Positions 1 to 14,200 of a DNA stretch of 64,000 nucleotides are shown here, in pieces. Below the pieces are notes generated by a model. It worked only from the letters and a program-made list of their open reading frames with translations. It did not search any database and had not been told where the DNA came from. The DNA lies in contig CATNEN010000008.1 of NCBI GenBank assembly GCA_950097015.1, positions 2,604,001 through 2,668,000 on the forward strand, given 5' to 3'. This stretch comes from Macrostomum hystrix (Eukaryota > Animalia > Platyhelminthes). Within the stretch, counting starts at the first letter, position 1, and every line of letters starts with the position of its first letter. The position numbers and the translations under genes are program-made.

Positions 1-3000
1 ATCGGTTGTAGCCGCTGCATCCGCCGCCGCCGCCTCCACTGGAGTGCCGATGCTGCTGATGATGGTGATGCGACGAAGACAGGGAGCCGCTTCCGCTGTG
101 ATGACTATGGTGGTGATGGTATGGATGATGGCATGGCGGCGCGGTGACCAGGTCGAGTTCGTGCAGCAGGGTCTCGTGGCGGAAGGCTACCCGGATGCTG
201 GGCAGATTGGTTTGACGAATGTCGTTGCCCGGAACGCCCTCGAGCTGGTAGCCGGGTCCCAGCCAGCGCTGCTTGACATCGTGCGGAAAGCCGGACATGA
301 GCACCGAGTTCCGAGCTAGCTCGCACATGTCAGTGTTGCTGAGCTTCCAAACCTGGGCAGCGATGGAATACTCCTCCATTAGGGGCTCCTTGGTGAAGTG
401 GAACATCAGCGGATCGTCGGTGCTCAGCGTGACGCTGAGGCCGCGGGCCAGAAAGTCGGGCAGTGGACTACGGCTGTATGGCAGGAATAGGCTATTGTTT
501 GATAGCGGCGACATCGCAATTGGCACCTGGGCCAGGTAGTACAGGTACTGCAGCACCGGCGCCTAAATGATGAACGCAAAGGTGGAGATAAGATAAGATC
601 TGGTCAGGGTTAAATCGAACAAACCTTAAATTATTTATTTGGATCAAAGCCAAAGTAATAAGAGGTGATTTGCTCACGTGAGCCGGGTCAGTTAAACACA
701 CCACTCCAAAAAAGGCGATTTTTACACCTTAACGAGCTAGGTCAATTAAACCCACCTCCTCAAAATGATAACAGGGGATGGGATGTTCACACTTAAACAA
801 GCCAGGTGAATAAAACCCACCTCCTCAAAATGATAAGAGGCGATGCTCACACCTGGCTTAGCCAGATCAATTAACCGCCCCCAAATACTTGAATCATACG
901 AGTCAGGTCAATTAAACTCACTATCCAAACACTCACAGTTCCACCTCCCAAATTAAGAATCGATTTGCTCAGTTTTTCACACAATTTTCACAGTTGAATA
1001 TTTACCTATTGAAGAAGCACAATTTAAAACCACTCACCTTTCGGAGTAGCAGGCCGTGATTGATATTGTCAGCCAGCAGATAGGCCGTAGCCAGGTGATG
1101 CACAGGGCCAGCCTCACCGCAGTGCGGCCTCAGTGTGATTGGCTGCAGGCCGCGCTCCCTGCGAAGAGCATTCAGCGGCACCAGGTTGGCGTACATGTAG
1201 TACAGGTAGTAGGCGTAGGGCGGGTTCTTGTCAGCGTCTGTCCAGTCTGCTGGGTCAGGCGAGTCGCGGTCGAAGACTACCGGCTCCGGCTTGGATTCGT
1301 CATCGACAGAGTCGAGGCCAACGACAGACTGGAGGAAGGCGGCCAGACGCGGATGACCGGACGGATTGATGGTGGCTTCGAACAGGGGCCTGAGGTGCAT
1401 GAAGGAGAAGGTAGCAATAGATTTGCATCTCGGTCCTAAGCTGCGAGTATCGTTCACATTTCGGTTTCAGGCAGTGTACAGGACGGGTTCAAGGTTTCAG
1501 GCAGTGTACAGGACGGGTTCAAGGATTCAGGCAGTGTACAGGACGGGTTCAAGGATTCAGGCAGTGTACAGGACGGGTTCAAGGATTCAGGTATTGTACA
1601 GGACGGGTTCAAGGTTTCAGGTAGTGTACAGGACGGGTTCAAGGTTTTAGGTAGTGTACAGGACGGGTTTAAGGTTTCAGGTAGTGTTCAGGATGGGTTC
1701 AAGGTTTCAGGTAGTGTTCAGGATGGGTTCAAGGTTTCAGGTAGTGTTCAGGATGGGTTCAAGGTTTCAGGTAGTGTTCAGGATGGGTTCAAGGTTTCAG
1801 GTAGTGTTCAGGTCGGATTTTAGGATTCAGGTCATGTTTAGGACTGGTTTAAAGGTTAAGTAAGTTTTCAGATCGGATTGTATGTTGAATAAAATAGTGT
1901 TTTTAGGTTGATTTGTTGTACAGTATTTTAACTGTATTTAACTTTACCTAAATGTAAGGTAAATTAAAAAACCGCAGCACCAAAATTTATGGCCCCACTA
2001 ACCGAAACAGATTGTCCAAGAAGGTCTGGAAGGTTTCCAGCTGGCCGTGCCGCTTGTACACATCAAACAGTCGGGGCACCTGAATGATCCAGCGCACATT
2101 TTCGCCAAAGTCCAATAGTCGGTGCTCCGTAGCCCAGTCGGCCAGCAGTTGCCACTCATTGGCGCTCCGACCGTAAATTGATAGGCGGAGCTCGGCATTC
2201 TGATAGGTGGAGTCGCGCAGGTCCTGCATCACCTTTAATAGATATCGAACAAGTCATCACAAGGTCAACATACCATCCACTTCACTCCAACACCCGCCTC
2301 ACTCCAACACCCACCTCACTCTAACACCCGCCTCACTCCAAAACCCGCCTCACTCCAACACCCGCCTCACTCCAACACCCGCCTCACTCCACCTACCGCA
2401 GCGAGTCGATAAAAAATGATAATTCACCTCTCGCAGTAGTTGAGCAAAGAATCTTCCGCCAATGTAGTTGTCAGTTTTAAGAAACACCTCGCGCAGATGA
2501 TTCCTTCCCAAGGGATTGTACTTGGAATTAAACTTGTCAAAGCGTTGAAAGGTGTGCTTATCGGCGTGGACGTCAAGCATGTCGATGTTTAGATCGTAGG
2601 CTGTGATCTTCATGGCCTCGAAAATCTCTTTTAGCGACAACAGTTGACCAGATTTGTCAACGTAAACCTGAGAACAGTTTTTTAGAACACTTTTTGAAAT
2701 TTTTCGATAAGAAGGTTCCGCTTTAGACGGCAAGGTAATGAAAAAACAAGAGAACAATAAATGTAACTTTCATCGAATGGATCAAATAGTGAAGAGTGAA
2801 CAAAGAGAGTTAAGGTTTGTTCTTATTCATGCATCGGAAGATTCTTAGTGGTGAGTGGATTTCAATACCCAATTTTCGAATGTTTTTCAACCTGTGCAAA
2901 CCCGCATCATCACACCGTTGATAAGCTAGAAAATTTTTTAAATTGATTTTTTTTGATTTACTGAACTAGCAAGAAAAATATGTATTTTTGGTGAGGAAGT

Positions 3001-6000
3001 CAAGTACGTGACTAGTATCAGAGAGACAAATAAGGACAGAAGGGATTATTGAAGATAGGGCAAGGCATTTAGGAAATTAAATTCGCGATTCGCGCGATAG
3101 GCTGAACAGAATTTGACATCCTCGAGATGAGATAGAAAATCATTCAAATCAAGACAGACATGCGCTTTGAATAATGAAAACAATAAAAGTAAACACGACG
3201 ATATAGGACAAAATAAAATAATAACTATGGAAAATTCAGAACTCTTCATTGACAGCAGCGGAGGGGGGCGAGTGGGTCAGCGGCTAACGTCGCTGCCTCG
3301 CACTCCAAAGGACGCTAGTTCGATTCACCCTTCAAGTCACGATTAATTTCGGGGCTTGTTGGGGGGTTTGGACAGTAGCGACCGGCGGAGGTGCACCATA
3401 TTTCGTGCAATCAAAGCTTGAAATAATAGCTTCGCTCCTACCTTTCTGTGTGCCTGTTCTGCGTTGTGTGAGTTGAGTGCGTTGGCGCTGGGGCGTGAGA
3501 CCTTGGGGGGTGGCTGGGGGGCGGGTGTACACCGCCGCGCGCTTTCTGGACTTCCGTCAGCGCGATTGGATAAGTGTAAACTCATCACCCGCCCCCCTGA
3601 GGACTGATTTCTTATCAGCCTTCCGCCCCGGCTTGGTCTGCTATGTGCATGTGGGGCTGGGGTGGGGGACACTGCTGCCTATTCTGGGTGCCTCCTGCCC
3701 TCCCCGGCTGGTCTGTGCTGCTGTGTGTGGTGCCTGCTCAGGGGAGGCGGCGCGATGGGCGCAAAAGCGCCTAGTTCGCCGGTCTGGGGGCGTGCCGCTC
3801 CGTCGCTTGTGCGACAAGTGCCCCGGGCCCCCCTGCAAATAGATAGCTAGAGACAGCAGCGGAGAGACAGCAATGCATTGCGCTGACTGACAAGACAACT
3901 AAAAAAGACTGACAAGACACTCAGAACTGACTGACAAGACACCTAAAACTGACTGACAAGACACCCAGAACTGACTGACAAGACACCTAAAACTGACTGA
4001 CAAGACACCCAGAACTAACTGACAAGAAACCCAGAACTCACTGACAAGACACCCAGAACTCACTGACAAGAAACCCAGAACTCACTGACAAGACACCCAG
4101 AACTCACTGACAAGACACCCAGAACTCACTGACAAGACACCTAAAACTGACTGACAAGACACCCAGAACTCACTGACAAGACACCCAGAACTCACTGACA
4201 AGACACCAAGAACTCACTGACAAGACACCCAGAACTCACTGACAAGACACCAAGAACTCACTGACAAGACACCAAGAACTCACTGACAAGACACCAAGAA
4301 CTCACTGACAAGACACCCAGAACTCACTGACAAGACACCCTAAACTCACTGACAAGACACCCAGAACTCACTGACAAGACACCCAGAACTCACTGACAAG
4401 ACACCCAGAACTCACTGACAAGACACCCAGAACAAACTGACAAGAAACCAAGAACTCACTGACAAGACACCCAGAACTCACTGACAAGACACCCAGAACT
4501 CACTGACAAGACACCAAGAACTCACTGACAAGACACCAAGAACTCACTGACAAGACACCCAGAACTCACTGACAAGACACCCTAAACTCACTGACAAGAC
4601 ACCCAGAACTCACTGACAACGCACCCATAACTCACTGACAAGACACCCAGAACTCACTGACAAGACACCCAGAACTCACTGACAAGACACCCATAACTCA
4701 CTGACAAGACACCCAGAACTCACTGACAAGACACCCAGAAATCACTGACAAGACACCCAGAACACACTGACAAGGCACCCATAACTCACTGACAAGACAC
4801 CCAGAACTCACTGACAAGACACCCATAACTCACTGACAAGACACCCATAACTCACTGACAAGGCACCCATAACTCACTGACAAGGCACTCAAAACTGAGT
4901 AGCTGATAAGACACTGAGAACAGACAGACAGGAACAGAAAGTGGCAGAAGACAGGCAAACACGCACTAACCTTCTCGCCGGGGCAAGCCTTCAAGCAGCG
5001 CTTAATAAACCTGAGCAGGTGCTTCTGGTTCATGGCGGAGGCTGCGTGGATGTGGTTATCAACCTTGCGTATATTATAAAAGTCGCGATGCGGCACGAGC
5101 TTCTGTTCGGCGCTCTCGGCGAATTCGTTCAACAGCGAGTGCAGCTGGTGCTTGGACTGCAGATAGCTCAGCCGGCGAAAGCAGTAGCTTTTCAGAGGCC
5201 CGTCGGAGGTCAGGGCGATCAGAATCTTGTGATCGGAGAGGAAATTGTCCCGCTCGGCGTAGCGCACATTAGCCAGGCTGGAAGCCGAGTCAGCTGGCAG
5301 TAAGTGGAACACTCCGCCGCGCATCTCTATGGCGCAGACTGGCTGAAGGGAGCCGACCTCAGCTGGCTGCTGCGAGTCGACCTTGGCGAATGCCTGCTTG
5401 TGATTCGGCCAATAATTTCACATTTAGTCTTTTAAATATACATTTATAATAACAAAAACTTTTCAAATATCACTAGCAACAAAAAAACATCTCACACTAG
5501 AAATAAGACCATATCTGACACCCCTAATTGATCATCTCTGACAGCCTAAATTGATCATCTCTGACAGCCTAAATTGATCATCTCTGACAGCCTGAATTGA
5601 TCATCTCTGACAGCCTAAATTGATCATCTCTGACAGCCCAAATGATCATCTCTGACAGCCTAAATTGATCATCTCTGACAGCCCAAATGATCATCTCTGA
5701 CAGCCTAAATTGATCATCTCTGACAGCCCAAATGATCATCTCTGACAGCCTAAATTGATCATCTCTGACAGCCTAAATTGATCATTTCTGGCACTAAATA
5801 TATCTTGCCTGACACCCAAAGTAGACCATAAATAGACACCCCGCTGCCCGGACTCACTGACGGCTCCTCCGCCGTGGCCACCTGAACCTGAGACGACGCC
5901 GAGACTGAAGCACCAGCTGACAAAGACGCTGAAGCGGAGGCACCGTCAGCCGAGACGCGCCTAGCCAAGTATCTGGCAGCCGTGGAGCAGAAGCCTTGCC

Positions 6001-6607
6001 CGACTATCGCCATGTAGCCCTGACGAGCCTTCAACGCCCAGGCCAGGTGGCCGCAGGCATCAGCTGCGCTCTCATCGGACGCGGCAGCCGTAACCGAGCT
6101 CGGCTGCTCGTCCTGGGTGACGCGAATGCGTCGGAAATTTATCGATCGAGTGTGCCCATCGTCAAGGACCAGCTGCGGCACGGGAGGCGGAGGCGGTGGC
6201 GGTGGCGGAGGCAGCAGTTGGGCCGTCTGGTGCTGCTGTAGCTGGAAGTGCTCCATCTTGTGCAGATCGCTTTCAATTCGTTGGATAGGGAATTTGCTAA
6301 CTTTGAAGGGCGTAGCAGAATCTCCGCCGCTGCCGGCAACCCGGTGGAGAATCTCCGCTCCGAGAGATTCCATGAGCTCTACGCTCTCCAGCATCACTTC
6401 TTCATCGTCGCCGCTTTCGCTGCCACTTTCATCGCTGTTTGGCTCATCGCCGATGCCAGCCTGCAGCTGCAACGACTCTGGCGATCTAAGTCGACGACGC
6501 TTCATTTTTGAAGAGGCCGGGTTGCGTTCTTCGCCGCTGTTGCTACTGCTAGAGTCACCCTCGCCCTGACATTCTCGACCATTGTGATCATTATCGCTGC
6601 TGATCAT
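1..6607 (-). CDS. AMPD: AMP deaminase, 6 exons, 3' end beyond window edge
   Basis: Exons in transcription order: 6607-5858, 5393-4971, 2667-2428, 2232-2003, 1389-1038, 562-<1. All joins are GT-AG and frame-consistent. Family motifs: [89 protein letters not shown]. Start ATG at 6607 is inferred. Confidence 0.95.
1463..1860. repeat. 30-bp minisatellite (~13 copies) in AMPD intron 4
   Basis: Unit ttcaggcagtgtacaggacgggttcaagg(t/a); degenerates toward 1860. Confidence 0.95.
2281..2392. repeat. 17-bp minisatellite in AMPD intron 3
   Basis: Unit ctcactccaacacccgc, ~6 copies. Confidence 0.9.
3261..3851 (+). mobile_element. tRNA-derived SINE, family A, copy 1 (~590 bp)
   Basis: Head has A-box-like tgggtcagcgg and B-box gttcgattc, with an (atag)n tail. 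Flanked by TSD gacagcagcg (3251-3260 and 3852-3861). Near-identical inverted copy at 49773-50366. Confidence 0.85.
3890..4890. repeat. 22-bp minisatellite (~45 copies) in AMPD intron 2
   Basis: Unit agaactcactgacaagacaccc. Confidence 0.95.
5527..5790. repeat. 22-23-bp minisatellite in AMPD intron 1
   Basis: Unit gatcatctctgacagcctaaatt, ~11 copies. Confidence 0.95.
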
Positions 6608-7164
6608 TGTGTAGCTTCTTTTCGTTTATTAATTCTAAGATTTTTTGTTGCGTCGAATAGCTGAAGTGTAATGCGAAAAAAACTGTGTACAGCTTTTCAG
6701 TCCATGGACTGAAGAGTCCGCCACACCCACCTTAATTTCCAACCTAGCTAATGCTTCTACTAATTTTACAGCTGTGAACTGTAATACAACAAGTAATTGA
6801 GTGTTTTACTCATAGAAACAGTTATTTTCCCTTGGTAAAGATTCGAACTTCAGACCTCTCATTGATTCTAGCATAAACTTGATTAGATATGAAATAAACA
6901 AGAAGAACACAGTCAACAATTTTTTATGAAAAAAACAAAACAAAACTGAAAAATGCTGAACAGAAACGAAACTTATTTGCTTTTGATTTTGGCTGAATAA
7001 GACGTATTGGTAAAAAATAATAATACAACAAAATGCAACGATTACAACAAAAATAACTCAACTAGACAGACAGACTTAAAGGTAGTAAACAAAGAAAAGT
7101 AAAGTAACTTTAAAAAAACTGATAGCATTGAGGATGTTAATTTACCTCTATCGGACAGAAGTAA

Positions 7165-8005
7165 ATCCTGCTTCGATTCTAGCTTTAAAACCTGCTTCGA
7201 TTCCTTAGCTTCGAATCCTGCTTCGATTCTAGGTTCGAAACCTGCTTCGAATCTAGCTTTGACTACTGCTTCGATTCATTAGCTTCGAATCCTGCTTCGA
7301 TTCTAGGTTCGAAACCTGCTTCGATTCCTTGGCTTCGAATCCTGCTTCGATTCATTAGCTTCGAATCCTGCTTCGATTCTAGGTTCGAAACCTGCTTCGA
7401 ATCTAGCTTTGACTACTGCTTCGATTCATTAGCTTCGAATCCTGCTTCGATTCTAGGTTCGAAACCTGCTTCGATTCCTTGGCTTCGAATCCTGCTTTGA
7501 TTCTAGCTTCGAATCCTGCTTCGAATCTAGCTTTGACTACTGCTTCGATTCCTTGGCTTCGAATCCTGCTTTGATTCTAGATTCGAATCCTGCTTAGATT
7601 CTAGCCTTGACTCCTGCTTCGATTCTAGCTTAGACTCCTGCTTCGATTCTAGCTTAGACTCCTGCTTCGATTCTAGCTTAGACTCCTGCTTCGATTCTAG
7701 CTTAGACTCCTGCTTCGATTCTAGCTTAGACTACTGCTTCGATTCCTTGGCTTCGAATCCTGCTTTGATTCTAGCTTCGAATCCTGCTTCGAATCTAGCT
7801 TTGACTACTGCTTCGATTCCTTGGCTTCGAATCCTGCTTTGATTCTAGCTTCGAATCCTGCTTCGAATCTAGCTTTGACTACTGCTTCGATTCCTTGGCT
7901 TCGAATCCTGCTTTGATTCTAGATTCGAATCCTGCTTAGATTCTAGCCTTGACTACTGCTTCGATTCTAGCTTAGACTCCTGCTTCGGTTCTAGCTTAGA
8001 CTTAC
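7165..8005. repeat. Intergenic ~24-25-bp TCGA-rich minisatellite
   Basis: Variants of cctgcttcgattctagcttcgaat with higher-order patterning. Confidence 0.9.
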
Positions 8006-8285
8006 TGATTGGCAAATGCTGCAGACAAAAAGCTAACTGAAAAACTGCCTCGCTGCTAAAAAGCATACCAAAACCGCTAAAAAGCTTTGCAGTTAGATAG
8101 TAAAATAGACACAGATGAGATAGTTAAAATATGGCACGTAAAAAACATTTCTTTCGAAAGGAATCTTTTTTGAAGTTTAAATGGATGATTCTGGGATATG
8201 GCGTTAAAGGGAGAAACTACTATACTACTTCTATACTACTCCCATACTACTTCCTTGAGTAGGGCAGTTTGCACATAGCGGTTAT

Positions 8286-11200
8286 TCAATGAGAGGCAGC
8301 GGACCAGACGCCCAGGCGAGCACTACAGGCCGATTGCTGCTTGCTTCGGTATCTGTTGAGTGTTTCCAGCCAGCAGACTGTCGACACTGAGCCAGCCGCC
8401 GATTCGTCAATAAGTAGATGGCCGCGCTCGATTAGCGACTCGGCCAAGTCGGTATCGCCGGCGCTGGCATCGCAGACCGCCACCCGCCAGAGCTCCGGCT
8501 CGCTGAATTGTGTACAGCCAGCACCCTCGCTATTCAACAATTTGATTGTAAACTGTTTGCCAGAGTTCAAAGCCTCGCTAAGGGCCTGAAGAGACGCTGG
8601 CGCAGATGCTGGCAACTGCACCAGAGCCAGGCGACATGCGTGCGACAGAGGCGGCTGGCTGAGAAAAGCTGCGGGCAGCTCGGCCAGCTGACTGGCATTC
8701 GACTGCTCGTCGTTGCCAAAGTCAACGAAGCGAATGTCGATGTTAGAATCGAATTGGGACCGCCTGGGGTGCAGCAGGCGCGCCCTGTACCACAGGTTGT
8801 CCTGCGAGAAGCGGGCAGCAAGTAGGCCGCCCGCGACTGAGTTGGGATCGAAGCCTGAGCTCGAATCGGCTACCTGCATAGCGGCCTGTTGGGATTTGGG
8901 ATTTGAGACTTTAATACTCAATACTTAAGAAGGGAGAACATTGATAGGAGATGGAGAGAATGGGATCACAATGAAGGGGGGAAGGGGATCAGAATGAAGG
9001 GGGAATGGGATCACAATGAAGGGGGGGAATGGGATCAGAATGAAGGGGAGTACGGGATCAGAATGTAAGGGGGAATGGGATCAGAATAAAAGGGGAGTAT
9101 GGGATCAGAATGAAGGGGAATGGGATCAAAATGAAGGGGAGTACGGGATCAGAATGTAAGGGGAGTACGGGATCAGAATGTAAGGGGAGTACGGGATCAG
9201 AATGTAAGGGGAGTACGGGATCAGAATGTAAGGGGAGTACGGGATCAGAATGTAAGGGGAGTACGGGATCAGAATGTAAGGGGAGTACGGGATCAGAATG
9301 TAAGGGGAGTACGGGATCAGAATGAAGGGGAATGGGATCAAAATAAAGGGGAGAATGGGATCAGAATGAAGGGGAGAACGGGATCAGAATGAAGGGGAGT
9401 ACGGGATCAGAATGTAAGGGGGAATGGGATCAGAATAAAAGGGGAGTATGGGATCAGAATGAAGGGGAATGGGATCAAAATGAAGGGGAGTACGGGATCA
9501 GAATGTAAGGGGAGTACGGGATCAGAATGTAAGGGGAGTACGGGATCAGAATGTAAGGGGAGTGGGATCAAAATAAAGGGGAGTACGGGATCAGAATGTA
9601 AGGGGAGTACGGGATCAGAATGTAAGGGGAGTACGGGATCAGAATGTAAGGGGAGTACGGGATCAGAATGTAAGGGGAGTACGGGAACAGAATGTAAGGG
9701 GAGTACGGGATCAGAATGAAGGGGAATGGGATCAAAATAAAGGGGAGAATGGGATCAGAATGAAGGGGAGAACGGGATCAGAATGAAGGGGAGTACGGGA
9801 TCAGAATGTAAGGGGGAATGGGATCAGAATAAAAGGGGAGTATGGGATCAGAATGAAGGGGAATGGGATCAAAATGAAGGGGAGTACGGGATCAGAATGT
9901 AAGGGGAGTACGGGATCAGAATGTAAGGGGAGTACGGGATCAGAATGTAAGGGGAGTACGGGATCAGAATGTAAGGGGAGTACGGGATCAGAATGTAAGG
10001 GGAGTACGGGATCAGAATGTAAGGGGAGTGGGATCAAAATAAAGGGGAGTACGGGATCAGAATGTAAGGGGAGTACGGGATCAGAATGAAGGGGAATGGG
10101 ATCAAAATAAAGGGGAGAATGGGATCAGAATGAAGGGGAGAACGGGATCAGAATGTAAGGGGAATGGGATCATAATGAAGGGGAGAACGGGATCAGAATG
10201 TAAGGGGAAGGGGATCAGAATGTAAGGGGAGTACGGGATCAGAATGTAAGGGGAGTATGGTATCAGAATGTAAGGGGAGTACGGGATCAGAATGTAAGGG
10301 GAATGGGATCATAATGAAGGGGAGAACGGGATCAGAATGTAAGGGGAAGGGGATCAGAATGTAAGGGGAGTATGGTATCAGAATGTAAGGGGAGTACGGG
10401 ATCAGAATGTAAGGGGGAGTAAGCGATCAGAATAAAAGGGGAATGGGATCAGAATGAAAGGGGGAATGGGATCAGAATGAAGGGGAGAATAGTGTTATGG
10501 AGCTGGGCTAGAACTGATTGCCTAGAATCTAGTTGTCTAGTTAATCGAACTAAAACTGATAGAACTATGAATTGATTGCCTGACCTGTAAATCGGCGGAC
10601 AGTTGATTGATCGTGTCGCCGTCCTTCAACAGCTGCACAAAGAACAAGCCATCGGGCTTGACTTCGCAGACTATGCACAGCTCGGACAAAGGCGGCGAGG
10701 ATGACAGCTGGGCCGGAGGTGCAGCAGCCGCTGCCGCAGCTGAAAAGGCAGGCAAAGTATTCACGAGGGAACTCGTAGCCCAGTGCTTAGAGCTTCGGAC
10801 CAAGAGGACACAAGTTCGAACCTCAGCTCAACGGAGAAAATTTGTGTCATTGAGCCTGGATTCTCGAGTGCTCCAGTTTCAAAAGCTTGAAAATAGGTGC
10901 CAGCGTCCTCCCCAGTCCACGGACTGAACAGCTAGCTGGTACAGTCTTTGGAAGCGCCAAAATCGTACTTTTGAATCCCATTAGAAATATCCGAAAATCT
11001 AAGAGACCAGAACTTACAGCCGGCATTAGTGCCACCGCCGCAGGCCGGCAGGAAGCCGTTAGGTGCGATACGGCGAGCGAACCCCCGCTCGACAAGCACG
11101 TCGGCCAGACTGCGACCGTCCGGCTGCGGCAGAGCCATCTGGCCAATCAGATTGCCGCCGCTGTCGGAGCTGGAAACGAAAATTTTAACGTCGCGCTGAT

Positions 11201-14200
11201 GGCAGAGCTCCTTGGCGCAGTGGAGGGCCGGCTGCCAGCCGGACTCGCCGCCCACGCTTTTGTCTCGTCCCTTCGGTGGCTGCGGACAGGCGACACCGGC
11301 TAGTCGGAAGCCGGCCAGGAGGGCTCGGTCGGGTAGGAAGATACGAAAGCGATCGGCGGCAGCGACGAACTCGACGATGGCTGGCAAACCGGCGGGCCCT
11401 GCGGCCTGAAAGATTGTGAAACAGAATATTCTGCCAATAGCCCATTACCCAGACCCAGTCTGCTAATCCACTGCCATTATCCAGACCCAGTCTGCTAATC
11501 CACTGCCATTACCAGTCTGAACCTGCTAATCCACTGCCATTACCAGACCCAGCCTGCTAATCCACTGCCATTACCAGTCTGAACCTGCTAATCCACTGCC
11601 ATTACCAGACCCAGCCTGCTAATCCACTGCCATTACCAGACCCTGCCTGCTAATCCACTGCCATTACCAGACCCAGCCTGTTAATTCACTGCCATTACCA
11701 GACCCAGCCTGCTAATTCACTGCCATTACCAGACCCAGTCTGCTAATCCACCGCCATTACCAGTCGCAGCCTGCTAATCCACTGCCATTATCAGACCCAG
11801 CCTGCTAATCCACCGCCATTACCAAACCCAGTCTGCTAATTCACTGCCATTACCAGTCTCAGCCTGCTAATCCACTGCCATTACCAGACCCAGCCTGCTA
11901 ATCCACCGCCATTACCAGACCCAGTCTGCTAATTCACTGCCATTACCAGACCCAGCCTGCTAATCCACCGCCATTACCAGTCGCAGCCTGCTAATCCACT
12001 GCCATTACCAGTCTCAGCCTGCTAATCCACTGCCATTACCAGACCCAGTCTGCTAATCCACTGCCATTACCCAGTCCCAGCCTGCTAATCCACTGCCATT
12101 ACCCAGTCCCAGCATGCTAATCCACTGCCATTACCCAGTCCCAATGCAGCCAACGTCTCACCATCAGCTCCGGCAGTCGCCTAGCTGCCAACTGACCGCC
12201 GCGACACGCAAGATCTTCAACAACACGCCGTACACCATGCTGCGAAGCTGCGTAAACGCCTAGTCGCTGACTGCGGGCATCGGCTTCGGCAGTTCGCAGC
12301 GATGCAGTAGTAGGAGCGCTTGACTGACAATTCGAATCCGTTGCTAGGTAGGCTAGGCCAGCTCTCAGCAACGCCTCGGCCGGGTCGGATGTCGACGCCG
12401 ATTCGCCGACGATTCGAACAGAAGCCGGCAGGCAGTAGTTCGAGCCACCGCTAAGAGAGGCTTCGCCAGGTCCGACTAGTCGGGCAATAATTCTACGGCC
12501 GAGCAAGCGCGACCTCAGCAGTTCCCTGGCTTCTAATAAGTGCGGCACTTCAAATAGCGGCCGATGCGGCGCCGGTGATCCGGCAGGCATTGTGGGCGGC
12601 TGAATATGAGCAAGCCGCAGGTAAATAAACACTTCGCTAGTTGCAAACAGACTGCCAGGCCGAACTACTAGTCCGTTGCCATTGCGTATTTCTACAACTG
12701 TGCCATCGATTTGTTGACCTGGAGCCAACGCTGGGTGGTGCTGCTGCTGCCGCTGTCTCAACTCGGCCGTTGCTCCACCAGACCAGATCCAGCGAGCCTC
12801 AGCCCGAGCGCTGGCCTCTGCGGCGCGAAGACAATCGGCTAATTCGCAGGCAGCTTCGGAACAGCACGACGACGGAACGTACTCTTCGCGGTGCCTGGGT
12901 GAAGTCATAAAAAACTAACAATAAAAAATTCAATATTTCTCAAAAAAGTGAGTCCGCTGTCACATCACTCAATGCTTTCCAAGTGAGTCTACTGTCACTC
13001 ACTCATTTTTCAAGGTGAGTCGACAGTCAGTCCGTGTTTCCAAAGTGATTTTACTGTCACTCACTAATTTTCCTAAGTGAGGCTCCTGTCACTCCCTGCT
13101 TAATATATATGTTAGCCCGTAATCCAGGCCGCCATCGATTATACATTCTTAAAACTAAACTGCATTGCATATTATAATATTCGTTTTTCTACAAGATGCT
13201 ACATGCTCGAGTAGGAGCGTATCTGTTGCATTGTTTGTCAATATAGTAGTATATTGTTAAATAATTATATTTTTTATGACCTGTTAGTTATTAGTTACCT
13301 GTTCATTCGTACTCGTTAGTGACCTGTTCATACGTACTCGTTAGTGACCTGTTCATTTTTACTCGTTAGTGACCTGTTCATTCGTACTCGTTAGTGACCT
13401 GTTCATTCGTACTCGTCACTCCCAGCTTCCTAAATGAGTCTACTGTCACTCCCAGCTTCCCAAGTGAGTCTACTGTCACTCCCAGTTTCCCGAGTGAGTC
13501 TACTGTCACTCCCAGCTTCCTAAATGAGTCTACTGTCACTCCCAGCTTCCCAAGTGAGTCTACTGTCACTCCCAGCTTCCCAAGTGAGTCTACTGTCACT
13601 CCCAGCTTCCCAAGTGAGTTTACTGTCACTCCCAGTTTCCCGAGTGAGTCTACTGTCACTCCCAGCTTCCCAAGTGAGTCTACTGTCACTCCCAGCTTCC
13701 CAAGTGAGTTTACTGTCACTCCCAGTTTCCCGAGTGAGTCTACTGTCACTCCCAGCTTCCCAAGTGAGTCTACTGTCACTCCCAGCTTCCCAAGTGAGTC
13801 TACTGTCACTCCCAGCTTCCCAAGTGAGTTTACTGTCACTCCCAGTTTCCCGAGTGAGTCTACTGTCACTCCCAGCTTCCTAAATGAGTCTACTGTCACT
13901 CCCAGCTTCCCAAGTGAGTCTACTGTCACTCCCAGCTTCCCAAGTGAGTTTACTGTCACTCCCAGCTTCCCAAGTGAGTTTACTGTCACTCCCAGCTTCC
14001 CAAGTGAGTTTACTGTCACTCCCAGCTTCCCAAGTGAGTCTACTGTCACTCCCAGCTTCCCAAGTGAGTTTACTGTCACTCCCAGCTTCCCAAGTGAGTT
14101 TACTGTCACTCCCAGCTTCCCAAGTGAGTTTACTGTCACTCCCAGCTTCCCAAGTGAGTTTACTGTCACTCCCAGCTTCCCAAGTGAGTCTATTTTCACT

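Noticed and set aside
3590-3630. Hammerhead ribozyme in SINE A (ctgagga followed by a small stem ctgat..atcag)
   Set aside because: The required GAAA after stem II is absent on both strands.
7165-8005. Heat-shock elements in the TTCGAA-rich array
   Set aside because: TTC and GAA are directly adjacent rather than in the nTTCnnGAAn spacing.
10827-10835. In-frame TGA upstream of an SND1-like exon as selenocysteine or readthrough
   Set aside because: A phase-compatible acceptor (ttgag|CT) removes it, and no SECIS evidence was seen.
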